Positions 1 through 10,133 of a DNA stretch of 64,000 nucleotides are shown here, piece by piece. Location: positions 70,038-134,037 of the forward strand of contig CAYFPM010000003.1 of the NCBI GenBank assembly GCA_964345045.1, in the 5' to 3' direction. The notes below the pieces were generated by a model. The model did not search any database. It saw only the letters and a program-made list of their open reading frames with translations, and had not been told where the DNA came from. The position numbers and the translations under genes are program-made. This stretch comes from an uncultured Gammaproteobacteria bacterium. Lineage in GTDB: Bacteria; Patescibacteriota; Patescibacteriia; Magasanikbacterales; UBA922. Position 1 is the first letter of the stretch, and each line of letters opens with the position of its first letter.

Positions 1-431
1 AACGCCGAACCCAATATGATAAGTGGAGCACTAACCAAACCAATATATTTTTTGTTGGTTAATGAAAAAGAAAACAAGTAAATAAAAAATGCTAACAAAG
101 TTATAATAATGAATCTAGCTACCATAACAGCTTCTATGGCAGAGATACCAAACAATTTACCAAAATTAGCAATAATATTTGGAGAAAGCGGTGGAAACAA
201 ATACGGTTCTTCTTTTAGGTCGGCAAAAAAAGGATTGCCCAAATCACTATACCCATCGTAAACCTCTTGCACCTGAGCTACATAGTGCGCTTCTGTATTG
301 TGTTTTAGCATGTCTACCCCCTTGTAATTATCACTAAAACGAAAAATTACAGGTGGCAAAGCTATCAACAATCCAATAAACACAGATAAAACAATTGCCA
401 AAAAATGCTCTCTAAAAAAATTTCTAATCAT
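1..431 (-). CDS. Membrane protein, partial (the 3' end lies beyond the window start). The N-terminus reads MIRNFFREHFLAIVLSVFIGLL...
   Basis: Manual reverse-complement translation of 3..431 is open with an ATG at 429-431. It is hydrophobic with multiple predicted TM segments. It sits 1 nt downstream of the stop of the preceding gene, giving an operon-like arrangement. It is not in the ORF track because it is truncated. Confidence 0.45.
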   Translation of the reverse strand, partial: MIRNFFREHFLAIVLSVFIGLLIALPPVIFRFSDNYKGVDMLKHNTEAHYVAQVQEVYDGYSDLGNPFFADLKEEPYLFPPLSPNIIANFGKLFGISAIEAVMVARFIIITLLAFFIYLFSFSLTNKKYIGLVSAPLIILGSA

Positions 432-432
432 A

Positions 433-2568
433 TTATTTTTTTTCAAAAATCACATAGGATCCTTTTTGATCCGACCTATTATAGTACATTTCTAATTTTG
501 TTGCATTGTTATTTAGATATTGATTGGCAGTAGGTTCTCCAGAGATTATGTAGTCTGGCAAATTGCCCGTAGCAAATATATCTTCGCCAAAAGCAATATA
601 AGGATTCATTTGCATACGTTGTGATATATCTTGGCCTTTTAGCAAAAACCATAATTCTGGTTTGTCCACTACAAAAATACTTTTGTCAAAATGTGAACTT
701 GAAATTTCTTGAGCCAATTCTCTTGGAATTGGATTGTAATAAAGTTTATTGTCTCTTTGGGCTATCAAATGTATGGATTGTACCAAAACCAAAGCTAACA
801 CTATATAAGTACCAAACTTGAGCAAATTTCTTTTGTGATAGGCTGATAAGACAGTAAAAATCGAAATTGGGAAAAACAAAAGTAAAACCAAATGAGCTGG
901 AAATAAATATCGAAACCAACCCGAAGTACCTAAGAAAAATTTTATATTAAATAAAACAAAAATAAACAGAAGCACTTCTACCTGTTTTATTTTTTTATTT
1001 TTTGTTTGCAAAATAATAAAAATCGAGAAAAAGAAAGTTAGAATTGTAAAATGTAATAAAGTTGAATCCAAAATAAAATTGGACAAAGCAATTTTTTCTT
1101 CTGTTCCTACATTGTAGGGATTTGAATAATATTGCCAAATCTGTTGCAAATCTTGAGAAACAAATCCCTCTGGAAGAAGTGTTCTAAGCCACACCAAAAG
1201 TGGCAAGGCTGCCCCAAAAGCTAGATACAACCATCTTTTTATAAAAAGTTTTTTATAATAAATAGCTCTAATTATTTCCGAAAAACCAAGTGCTCCCAAG
1301 ATAACAAGATAAAAAACTTTGGTGCTGGCCGCCAAACCAAAAAATAGACCCGCCAAAAATATCTGCCAGTTCTTTTCTTTTTTAAAAAAAATCAAAGCAA
1401 GCAATAAATAAAATAGTCCCGGCACTTCTCCCAAGCCCCCACTAAGACCATTGCCATAAAAAGGCAAAAAGGTTACTACCAGAGCTAGCATTGGCAAAAC
1501 AAATTTTGTTCCATATGTTTCTTTTATCAGCTTGGCAGAGGCCCACAAAAAACCGAGCAAAAACAAAATCATGATTATCTGTGCTTGCCACAATCCCACC
1601 CCAAACAATTTAAAAGACAAAATTACAAAACCAATCAGCGGATAATTGGTACTAATAAAAAGCGGCCTACTTTCTATATATTGATCTTGTGAAAGTCGTA
1701 AGCTATAAACTCCATCTTCTACATAAGTTTTGGCCAAGCCCAGATTTACTCCATTATCAAACCAAGGGGATGGGCTGTCTGGGAACCCCCAAAAAACTGC
1801 TATCAAAAAAGTACTGATAACGGCTAACCAAGCTAATAATTTGATTTTACCTAGCTTGGCCAATCTCAATGAAAAAAATAAAACCACCAAATCTTTAATA
1901 GTACGAGGAATTCTTTTGGAAATATTGTAAGTGGTTTTTCTTCTCTCTTCACACACTACCGGAACTTCTTGGGTTTTTAACCCGGCGTGTTGGGCTCTCA
2001 ATACAAATTCTGTATCAAAAATTTCTTTCTCAGTCTTGCATTCTTTTATTATGGGTTTTATTTTTTCAGTTACTATTAATTTCATACCATGAGTATCGGT
2101 GCCAGAAAAATCAAAAGCTTTTTGCAAAAGCCAATTAAAAGTTTTGGTAATTGATCTACGCAAAAAAGGTCTGGTATCTTCTGCCCCCGGAGCTGTTTTT
2201 GACCCCACAATCATATCCAAATTTTCTTTGTATAGTAAATCCAAAGCTTTTTTTACAAATGGTACGTCCCAAAAATCTATATTAAATAAGACTGTATATT
2301 TGGAATTATTTTGTAACAAACCTTCTTTCAAAGCTTTGCCATAACCAGCTTCTGGCAAATGAATTGTTCTAACTTTGGGGAATTTATCAACCATTTTTTC
2401 CGCTATACTCTTGGTACGATCAAAACTACCATTTTCTACCAAAAAAATTTCATAATCCAAATCTGAAAAGTTTTTCTCCATTTCCAAAAACATTCTCTCT
2501 ACTTCTTTTTCGAGAATAGCTTCTTCATTATAGATTGGGACTACTAATGATAGTTCTTTCATATCCAT
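433..2568 (-). CDS. Bifunctional glycosyltransferase. The N-terminal GT2 domain resembles polyprenyl-phosphate sugar synthases of the Dpm1/Ppm1 type. It is fused to a C-terminal multi-TM GT-C-like (GT39/83-type) domain.
   Basis: The N-terminus (LSLVVPIYNEEAILEKEV...FLVENGSFDRTKSIAEKM...) is a GT-A/GT2 signature. The C-terminal roughly 450 aa form many hydrophobic helices typical of GT-C. Confidence 0.8.
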   Translation of the reverse strand: MDMKELSLVVPIYNEEAILEKEVERMFLEMEKNFSDLDYEIFLVENGSFDRTKSIAEKMVDKFPKVRTIHLPEAGYGKALKEGLLQNNSKYTVLFNIDFWDVPFVKKALDLLYKENLDMIVGSKTAPGAEDTRPFLRRSITKTFNWLLQKAFDFSGTDTHGMKLIVTEKIKPIIKECKTEKEIFDTEFVLRAQHAGLKTQEVPVVCEERRKTTYNISKRIPRTIKDLVVLFFSLRLAKLGKIKLLAWLAVISTFLIAVFWGFPDSPSPWFDNGVNLGLAKTYVEDGVYSLRLSQDQYIESRPLFISTNYPLIGFVILSFKLFGVGLWQAQIIMILFLLGFLWASAKLIKETYGTKFVLPMLALVVTFLPFYGNGLSGGLGEVPGLFYLLLALIFFKKEKNWQIFLAGLFFGLAASTKVFYLVILGALGFSEIIRAIYYKKLFIKRWLYLAFGAALPLLVWLRTLLPEGFVSQDLQQIWQYYSNPYNVGTEEKIALSNFILDSTLLHFTILTFFFSIFIILQTKNKKIKQVEVLLFIFVLFNIKFFLGTSGWFRYLFPAHLVLLLFFPISIFTVLSAYHKRNLLKFGTYIVLALVLVQSIHLIAQRDNKLYYNPIPRELAQEISSSHFDKSIFVVDKPELWFLLKGQDISQRMQMNPYIAFGEDIFATGNLPDYIISGEPTANQYLNNNATKLEMYYNRSDQKGSYVIFEKK

Positions 2569-4406
2569 TTGTTATACCACATTTGAAAAACTAATAAATT
2601 CCAAATTTTTCTACCATTATCTTTTTGCAAACTCATGTGCTCGTCAATAATATTCTTTACTTCTTTTTCATCAAAAAAACCAGTGTTTTTTATGTTTTCA
2701 TTAGACAAAGTCTCTAGTGTAAAATCTTTTAATTCCTTGGTAAACCACTTGGAAAGTGGTACCCCAAAACCTTGTTTTTTTCTATATATAATTTCCTTGG
2801 GCAATTTGTCCTTCATTAACTCTTTCAAAAGATGCTTAGTTTCAAAACCCTTTAGATGATAATTATATGGGAGAGACGTTACCAAGTCAACGAATTGATA
2901 ATCTAAAAAAGGAGCTCGTACTTCTAGTGAATTAGCCATACTAGCTCGGTCAACCTTTACCAAAACTTGATCCATAAGATATGTTCGCATATAAACTTTT
3001 GCCAACTGCTGCAATCGAGGAGCATCTTTTACCGAAAAAAAATAATTTTCAATCTCTTTGTAAATATTATTTTCTTCTTTATTTTTTATTAATTTATTTC
3101 TTGAATTTTTTGAGAAAGATCCCATCCAATCGTGATGAATATGTTCGTCTTCACTAGACAAGCCTGCCAAAAGTCTATCTAGTTTAAAACCAAAATTAAA
3201 ACGATCATGCGATGTGCCAATCATTTTTCTAACTTGTTTTAAAAAAACTTCTCCTAACTTATGGTTAAAAAATGGCAACATTTGTTCGGCAAAAAAAGTT
3301 GGATAACCAAAAAACAATTCGTCTCCCCCATCTCCTCCCAAGGCCACGGTTACTTTTCCCCTAGTAAATTTGGAGAGCAAATATGTAGGGATTACCGAAT
3401 AATCGGCTACTGGTTCATCAAATATATCTGGAACTTTTTCTACTACATCCAAAGCTTCTTTGGCCGACAAAATATGTTCATAATGATCTGTTTTCAAAAA
3501 ATCTGCTACTTGCCTAGCATAATTACTTTCATCATAACTTTTTTCTTCAAAACCAATACTAAAAGTTTTTATTTTTTGATTGGAATTTTTTTGGGCGTAG
3601 TAAGCAATAGTTGAACTGTCTAGCCCTCCGGAAAGAAAAATTCCAAGTGGCACATCTGCTACCAATCTTTTTTTGGTAGCCTCCGACAAGCAGTTTTCGA
3701 GAAGTTCCAAAGCTTCCTCTTTGTTACATTCTTTTTTTTGTTCAAAACTTATATCCCAAAACTTTTTCTTGTTTATCTTACTATTTTTTAATTGTAGGTA
3801 ATGTCCTGGTTCCAATTTGTAAACATTTTCAAAAATAGTATTTGGAGTTGGGATATAATCAAAAGCCAGGTATTGTTCCAATGATCTAAGATTGATTTGT
3901 TTTTTGAAACTTGGGTGTGCTACCAAAGATTTTAATTCTGAACCGAACATAAAAGTTTGTCCAAACATAGCCCAGTACAATGGCTTTTTGCCCATTTTGT
4001 CTCTAGCCAAAATTAGATTTTTGTTTGCTTTATTATAAATTGCCAAAGCAAACATTCCGTTAAATTTGGCAAAACAGTCTACACCAAAGATTTTGTAAGC
4101 TGCCAAGACCACTTCTGTATCACTTTGACTTTTAAATTTGTAACCAAATTTTATTAATTCTTTTTTTAATTCTTGAAAATTATATATTTCACCGTTGAAA
4201 ACTATTACCAAATTTTGATCCAAAGATACCATAGGTTGATGCCCAAGTGTGCTGGTGTCTATAATAGAAAGCCTTCTGTGTCCCAAGCCAAGATTATTTT
4301 CTACAAAAAAACCAACATCGTCTGGCCCACGATGTTTTATAGAATTAGTCATGCTCTCCAAAATTTCTCTTGTACCTTGACCAAAATAGCCGGCAATTCC
4401 ACACAT
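2559..4406 (-). CDS. asnB: Glutamine-hydrolysing AsnB-family amidotransferase (asparagine synthetase family). In this context it is probably a sugar amidotransferase.
   Basis: MCGIAGYF is the N-terminal nucleophile (Cys2) motif. The SGGLDSS PP-loop is present. I chose the start at the Met of MCGIAG (4406) rather than the longer ORF-track start. Confidence 0.85.
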   Translation of the reverse strand: MCGIAGYFGQGTREILESMTNSIKHRGPDDVGFFVENNLGLGHRRLSIIDTSTLGHQPMVSLDQNLVIVFNGEIYNFQELKKELIKFGYKFKSQSDTEVVLAAYKIFGVDCFAKFNGMFALAIYNKANKNLILARDKMGKKPLYWAMFGQTFMFGSELKSLVAHPSFKKQINLRSLEQYLAFDYIPTPNTIFENVYKLEPGHYLQLKNSKINKKKFWDISFEQKKECNKEEALELLENCLSEATKKRLVADVPLGIFLSGGLDSSTIAYYAQKNSNQKIKTFSIGFEEKSYDESNYARQVADFLKTDHYEHILSAKEALDVVEKVPDIFDEPVADYSVIPTYLLSKFTRGKVTVALGGDGGDELFFGYPTFFAEQMLPFFNHKLGEVFLKQVRKMIGTSHDRFNFGFKLDRLLAGLSSEDEHIHHDWMGSFSKNSRNKLIKNKEENNIYKEIENYFFSVKDAPRLQQLAKVYMRTYLMDQVLVKVDRASMANSLEVRAPFLDYQFVDLVTSLPYNYHLKGFETKHLLKELMKDKLPKEIIYRKKQGFGVPLSKWFTKELKDFTLETLSNENIKNTGFFDEKEVKNIIDEHMSLQKDNGRKIWNLLVFQMWYNKWI

Positions 4407-4408
4407 AA

Positions 4409-5545
4409 TTAATCTAAAAATTTCAAAATGTTTTCCACCCTTTTGTCCCAAGTGTAAGCTTTCACTTTTTTAGAGGCTTCTTCTACAATATCTTCTATTG
4501 ATTTTCCTCCAACCAAAGCTATTTTTATCCCTATCGCCAAAGCTTCGGGATTGTCTGGTTCTACCAAAACAGAATTTTTTTCATCTAGTATTTCTCTTAT
4601 AGATGGCAAATCAGAAGCTACAATTGGTCTATTGGCAGCCATATATTCAAACAATTTCATTGGCGATGTATATTGTTTGGATATTTTGCTTTCTCCACTA
4701 TTTGGCAAAACCAAAACATCGGCAGCACACATATATTCTGGGATAGTCTCATATTTTTTATGTCCAAGAACTAATACATTTTCAAATCTTCTTGTTTTTA
4801 TTTTTTGTGTGAAGCTAGCAATATCTTTGTCTGTTCCACCGACAAACACGAGAATTTCGTCTTTAAAAAAATTAGAAGCTTCTAACAAAGTATGTGCTCC
4901 TTTCCATTTGTATAAGTGGCCTGTGTAAAGAATTAATTTTTTTTCTAGTGGGAGATTAAGTTCTTTTCTACATCCTTCTTTTGTTTTTTTTATAGAAAAT
5001 TTATTGATATCTACAGCATCAGGAGCTACAAAAATTTCTGCATTTTTATTTTTATCCAAAAACTTTTGCTTTAATGGCTCTGTTATCACTATTATCTTGT
5101 ACACTTTTAGCAAAAGTTTTGTGTAAATCTTGCTTTTTATTTTTGGAAAATTATGAGCTTCAAAAACCATTCTTCGTTTTTTGGATAAAAAAAATATTGG
5201 TAGTAAATCTCTGGTATAAACAAAATCATATTCATGATTGTGTTTTTTTGTATAAATAAAAACTGACAAAGCAAAACTTAAACTCTGCAAATAAAAAGCA
5301 AATCTACCAAATACTTTATCTAACTTAATTACATCCCAACAAAATATTTTTTTGACTCCAAAAGTTTTGGGGATATTATAATAATCAAAAATATCAGTGT
5401 GTATATTGTTTTTTCTTTTTGGCAAAAGTAAAGTAACTTCTCTACCAGAGTTGGCAAAAGCTTCACACATTTTGGCAATCTGAATACCATGCGCTTTTTC
5501 GGTAGGCATCCTAGCATTTGCTATGTACAATATTTTTTTATTCAT
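4409..5545 (-). CDS. Glycosyltransferase family 4 (GT-B fold).
   Basis: A C-terminal GT4 signature is present (...LVEPDNPEALAIGIKIAL...). It is tightly packed in the operon. Confidence 0.8.
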   Translation of the reverse strand: MNKKILYIANARMPTEKAHGIQIAKMCEAFANSGREVTLLLPKRKNNIHTDIFDYYNIPKTFGVKKIFCWDVIKLDKVFGRFAFYLQSLSFALSVFIYTKKHNHEYDFVYTRDLLPIFFLSKKRRMVFEAHNFPKIKSKIYTKLLLKVYKIIVITEPLKQKFLDKNKNAEIFVAPDAVDINKFSIKKTKEGCRKELNLPLEKKLILYTGHLYKWKGAHTLLEASNFFKDEILVFVGGTDKDIASFTQKIKTRRFENVLVLGHKKYETIPEYMCAADVLVLPNSGESKISKQYTSPMKLFEYMAANRPIVASDLPSIREILDEKNSVLVEPDNPEALAIGIKIALVGGKSIEDIVEEASKKVKAYTWDKRVENILKFLD

Positions 5546-7232
5546 TTGTGTTTAGCTTAATAATATAAACATCTGGCCCCAAATATTTATCTTTTGATTG
5601 CCATATTTTGGCAAAAGAAAGCCCTGATCCATCGGTTGGAATATCATTTACAGGATCATCATTTACAAATCCATTATACACCTTAATTACCTCTCCCAAA
5701 GAATCAATGTCCACATTTACACCCTTGGTCTTGGCAAAATCTGGATCAAGAACCAAATATTCAAAATTATTATTTTTTAAATAATCAGCAAAATTGCTAT
5801 AAAAATCTTTGGCAACTACTTCATTTAGATTAAGAGCAAAAAAAATCTTATTATTTCTATATTCTTTAGCCAGTCTTTTTTCAGCCAAATCTATTTTACG
5901 AATTGAAGCTGGTTCTATTTTTTCTTTTTCTAAGACAGCTTCTCTGTTGGCAGGCAATCTGGTAAGTGGAGCAAGCACTACTACTTTGGTGTCCTCCTCT
6001 ATGTTTTGCAAAAAATAATTTCTAGCTGCTGTTCTAGAATCTTCTAACTGACTAAAAAACATACTGGTTGGCAAAATCAAAGCTAGCCAAACAATTACAG
6101 TAATCGCAGCTTGAAGTTTCTGAGATTTATTTGGCAAAACTTGTAAAAAATTATTCAAACTATATCCGGCGACTAGTGCAAAAAGTGGATAAAGAATCAA
6201 AATAAAACGACTGACATCTAAAAAAAGATAATAAAAAATAGCGATATAAAAAATTACAAAAGAAAATATGGCTAAAAAATAGCCTCGTTTTTTCAAAAAC
6301 AACATCAAAAAACCAGCTATTATAAAAAATAAAAATACAGGTTCTCTATTTAATATGTCTATCAAATAAAAATTGTAACTACCAAAAAGACCTACCAAAG
6401 TTTTGCCTTTTGTTATAGCTTCGCTTGCTCCTTCTGCTACATAGAATCCTCGTGGCCAAACCAAGTAAGCTAGCCCAGAAAGAGAAAAAAATCCTAACAA
6501 AGCTTGCCAAGACCAAGGCTTCTTTAATTCTTTTGTTATAGCAAGTTTATCTACAAACAAAAACCAAAACAAAATAAAAATTGTCAAAAGACCAACTTGG
6601 AGACTAATACCAATTCCTAGGCCGGCAAGAAGACAAGCCAATAAATATTTTTTTTCTTTGCCCCAAGTTTTGTGAGACAAAAAATAAATAATTAAAGAAA
6701 ATACAAAAGTTGCCGGCACCCAATGTCTCGCCCAATGTGAGAACAAAACATGCAAAATACTAAAAGACAAAAAGGCGGCTGACAAATAAGCTATTCTTTC
6801 ATTTTGAAAAATATTCTTGGCAGTTTTGTAAACTACCAAAATGGTAAGTACCCCCAAAATTACACTAATTAGGCGGGCAGATATAAATAAAGTAGATAAA
6901 TCTAAAATTGAATAATCCACAAATTGCTGCAAGCTGCCCGAAAAAAATAAAAATTTTGCTCCAAGAATAATTACAAAAGGAAGTAGATAAATATAAGAAA
7001 TATAAGGTGTGTAATAAAAAATTCCTTTAAAAACTTCGTCGTGTAACGACGGAAGCAATGTTTTTAGCTCAATCATTTTTAATGAACCAAATATAAAAGA
7101 AGGTTCATCGGCAATTAACCAGAGAGGCAAACCATAAGAAATTCCAAGCAATCTATAGATAATCCCCAAAAACAAAATTATTCCAATTGGAGTTGAGATA
7201 AATTTAAATATATCTTTTATTTTTGTTTTCAT
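5538..7232 (-). CDS. GT-C family membrane glycosyltransferase (ArnT/PMT-like, GT39/GT83-type).
   Basis: It is a 564-aa polytopic membrane protein with an N-terminal cluster of TM helices and a soluble C-terminal domain. It overlaps the neighbouring genes by a few nt. Confidence 0.7.
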   Translation of the reverse strand: MKTKIKDIFKFISTPIGIILFLGIIYRLLGISYGLPLWLIADEPSFIFGSLKMIELKTLLPSLHDEVFKGIFYYTPYISYIYLLPFVIILGAKFLFFSGSLQQFVDYSILDLSTLFISARLISVILGVLTILVVYKTAKNIFQNERIAYLSAAFLSFSILHVLFSHWARHWVPATFVFSLIIYFLSHKTWGKEKKYLLACLLAGLGIGISLQVGLLTIFILFWFLFVDKLAITKELKKPWSWQALLGFFSLSGLAYLVWPRGFYVAEGASEAITKGKTLVGLFGSYNFYLIDILNREPVFLFFIIAGFLMLFLKKRGYFLAIFSFVIFYIAIFYYLFLDVSRFILILYPLFALVAGYSLNNFLQVLPNKSQKLQAAITVIVWLALILPTSMFFSQLEDSRTAARNYFLQNIEEDTKVVVLAPLTRLPANREAVLEKEKIEPASIRKIDLAEKRLAKEYRNNKIFFALNLNEVVAKDFYSNFADYLKNNNFEYLVLDPDFAKTKGVNVDIDSLGEVIKVYNGFVNDDPVNDIPTDGSGLSFAKIWQSKDKYLGPDVYIIKLNTNE

Positions 7233-7789
7233 ACTTTGAAAATATCGGCTTCTTCTCTAGACAACCATGCTTTTAATGACTCGGCATTTTGATCGCGAAG
7301 AGATAAAGTTGGATTTTCTATTGGCCAATTTATATCTAAGTCAGGATCATTCCAAGCTATATTTGATTCACCATTTTGGTTATATAGCGCAGTATACTGA
7401 TACTCTACTTCGGCCAAGTCCCCCAAAACACAAAAACCAGAAGCAAAGCCTGGTGGAACATAAAGTAATTTTTTGTTGTGACTGCTCAATTCAAATCCCA
7501 ACCATTCTCCAAGTGTAGCGGAATTCTTGCGAATGTCTGCCGCTACTACAAAAGCATCTCCGTTTATAATTCTAATCAATTTGCCCAAAGGCTGATCGTA
7601 TTGAAAATGTAAACCACGTAATATTTTGCCAACAGAACGACTGTGATTGGTTTGGACAAAATTAAGACGAAGACCTGCTTCGGCAAAATAATCTTGCCGA
7701 AAAACTTCCATAAAAAAACCTCTTTCATCTCCCTTTACTTCCGGCTCTATCAAAAACAAACCCTTCAATTTTGTTTCTTTTACATTCAT
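7229..7789 (-). CDS. rfbC: dTDP-4-dehydrorhamnose 3,5-epimerase.
   Basis: The RmlC cupin motifs are classical (FIEPEV.GDERGFF, RGLHFQ, YVPPGFAHGF-like). The start is set at MNVKET (7789). Confidence 0.9.
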   Translation of the reverse strand: MNVKETKLKGLFLIEPEVKGDERGFFMEVFRQDYFAEAGLRLNFVQTNHSRSVGKILRGLHFQYDQPLGKLIRIINGDAFVVAADIRKNSATLGEWLGFELSSHNKKLLYVPPGFASGFCVLGDLAEVEYQYTALYNQNGESNIAWNDPDLDINWPIENPTLSLRDQNAESLKAWLSREEADIFKV

Positions 7790-7844
7790 ATATAAAAACT
7801 TAGGCAAAAAACCAACTACTAATCCCCTAAAAACTAGCACCTAG

Positions 7845-8909
7845 TTAATACCATTGTCCTTTTGATTGCTTTTCGTAATGATCTAAAAATTCTTTTTTAG
7901 TTTTTATTTTTTGCCACCACTCTCTGTTGTCTAGATACCAATCTACTACAGCTCCCAAACTTTTTTCCAAACTATGCGCTGGTTGCCAACCAAGTTCTGT
8001 TCTTAATTTGGTAGAATCCGGGGCATATCTGGTATCTGCTCCAGGCCTATCGTTTATATGTTCTTTGTGTAAATCCAAATCAATATTAAGTTTGTTTGCA
8101 ATCAGGCTCAAAACTTCCAAATTGGTTTTTTGTTCTCCGGAAATATTGTAAGTTTCAAATAATGGAGCCCGGTGCATTACAGTATCAACCGCATTACAAA
8201 AATCTTGCACATGAATCCAAGTACGCACATGATCTCCCTTGCCATGTACTGGCACTTTTTTACCTTCTATAAAATTGGAGATAGCCAATGGAATTAATTT
8301 TTCCGGATATTGGTAAGGACCATAATTGTTTGATCCACGCACAATTATAGCCGGTACTTCGTGAGTTCTAATAAAAGATTGCACTACCAAGTCAGCAGCC
8401 GCTTTGGAAGAAGAATACGGATTAGATGGTTTTAGCGGAGAATCTTCGGTGGAGACACCATCTTCTACACAACCATAAATTTCGTCGGTAGAAATGTGCA
8501 CCAATCTCTCACTACCATATTTGCGAACGGCTTCTATAATAGATCTGGTACCCCCAATATTAGTACGAATAAAATCGTTCATACTAATAATAGAACGATC
8601 GACATGAGTTTCGGCTGCAAAGTTTACTACGATATTGAATTTATGTTTTTGAAAAAGAATATCGAGCAATCTATCATCACAAATATCTCCATAGATAAAA
8701 TGATATCTTTTGTCTTTGGCATGCACCCCAGATTCTAGTGTTTCTATATCTGTTAGGTTGTCTTGGTTGCCGGCATAAGTAAGCAAATCCAAATTATAAA
8801 TTTCGTACTCCGGATAACTGTGGTAAATATGGCGTACAAAATTAGAGCCCATAAAACCATACCCTCCGGTAATTAATATTTTTTTTCTGGTTTCAGTATT
8901 AACGTTCAT
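7845..8909 (-). CDS. rfbB: dTDP-glucose 4,6-dehydratase.
   Basis: KILITGGYGFMGSNFVRHI is a Rossmann motif. An extended-SDR YxxxK is present and the similarity to RmlB runs along the whole length. Confidence 0.9.
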   Translation of the reverse strand: MNVNTETRKKILITGGYGFMGSNFVRHIYHSYPEYEIYNLDLLTYAGNQDNLTDIETLESGVHAKDKRYHFIYGDICDDRLLDILFQKHKFNIVVNFAAETHVDRSIISMNDFIRTNIGGTRSIIEAVRKYGSERLVHISTDEIYGCVEDGVSTEDSPLKPSNPYSSSKAAADLVVQSFIRTHEVPAIIVRGSNNYGPYQYPEKLIPLAISNFIEGKKVPVHGKGDHVRTWIHVQDFCNAVDTVMHRAPLFETYNISGEQKTNLEVLSLIANKLNIDLDLHKEHINDRPGADTRYAPDSTKLRTELGWQPAHSLEKSLGAVVDWYLDNREWWQKIKTKKEFLDHYEKQSKGQWY

Positions 8910-10128
8910 ATTTTTCCAAAAATTCTACAAACACGCTTTTAACATATTCCAAATGTTTGCTATTTAGTCCGTGGTGACAACCAATTACAAAACCATTTCT
9001 CATAATATGGTTGGTAACTGGGTAATCTGATTTCATTTTATTATTTTCCGAAAGTTTGGCAAAAGCCGGTTGTTTCAAAATATTGCCGGTAAAAATTGGT
9101 CTGGTTTGAATATTTTTCTCTTCCAAATATTTTTGCAATTCGTTTCTACCAAACGGACAATCTGGTTGCAAAGTAAGTGGAAAAGCCAACCAGTTTGTTC
9201 TTACTCTTTCGTCTTGTTTTGGCAAGATAAAATACTTTTCAAAATTAGAAAAGAAATCTAATAAATCTGCAAAATTACTACGTCGTCTTAGGGTAAACTG
9301 CTGCAAACGACTTAACTGAACCAAACCAAAAGCTCCTTGCATTTCGGTTGGTTGAAAATTATAACCAACTTCTGTAAAAATAAATTTGGCATCATAAGTC
9401 TCTCCATCAATTTCACCGGCAAATCTTTTTTGGATATCTTCTGATTTTTCGTAAGAACCAAACAAGGTGGATTGTCTGCCCCAGTTACTCATAACCAAAC
9501 CTCTTTCTTGTTGTGCTGGCAAGTTCATACATACCATCCCCCCACCTCCGGCAGCAGTAACAATATGAGAAGCATAAAAACTGGTAGTTGAAAAATGAGA
9601 ATAACTACCGGTTGGGATACCGGCAAAAGTAGCCCCGAGGGTGTCACAAGAATCTTCTATAAAAATTAAGTTGTATCTATAAGCCAAGTCGCGCAATTTT
9701 TCCATATCCGGAATATTGCCCAAAAGAGATGGTATCATCAAAGCCTTGGTCTTTTCTGTAATTTTTTCTTCTATTTTTTCTACATCTATTTGGTAAGTAC
9801 CCGGGGCAACATCTACAAAAATAGGCACCAAACCTTTTTGCAAGATTGGAGCTACAGTGGTAGAAAAAGTCAAAATTGGAGTGATCACTTCTGAACCTTT
9901 TGGTAAATTTGCCAATTCAAAAGCAATTAAATTTGCAGAAGAACCGGAATTAACCATGACTCCATACTTTTTTCCAAAAAGTTCGGCAATCTTTTTTTCA
10001 AATTCACGTACAGCAGGACCGGCAACAATCTTTTTGGGATTTTTCAAAACATTGAGTACAGCTTCTATTTCTTTTTGATCATATATAGCCGAAGCGTATG
10101 GTACACTAATTTTTTCTCTTTCGTTCAT
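8899..10128 (-). CDS. DegT/DnrJ/EryC1/StrS-family PLP-dependent sugar aminotransferase/dehydratase. It may be RfbH/E1-like.
   Basis: The aspartate-aminotransferase fold V signature fits (...SGSSANLIAFELANL..., FIEDSCDTLGA). It overlaps rfbB by 11 nt. Confidence 0.85.
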   Translation of the reverse strand: MNEREKISVPYASAIYDQKEIEAVLNVLKNPKKIVAGPAVREFEKKIAELFGKKYGVMVNSGSSANLIAFELANLPKGSEVITPILTFSTTVAPILQKGLVPIFVDVAPGTYQIDVEKIEEKITEKTKALMIPSLLGNIPDMEKLRDLAYRYNLIFIEDSCDTLGATFAGIPTGSYSHFSTTSFYASHIVTAAGGGGMVCMNLPAQQERGLVMSNWGRQSTLFGSYEKSEDIQKRFAGEIDGETYDAKFIFTEVGYNFQPTEMQGAFGLVQLSRLQQFTLRRRSNFADLLDFFSNFEKYFILPKQDERVRTNWLAFPLTLQPDCPFGRNELQKYLEEKNIQTRPIFTGNILKQPAFAKLSENNKMKSDYPVTNHIMRNGFVIGCHHGLNSKHLEYVKSVFVEFLEKYER

Positions 10129-10133
10129 AACTT

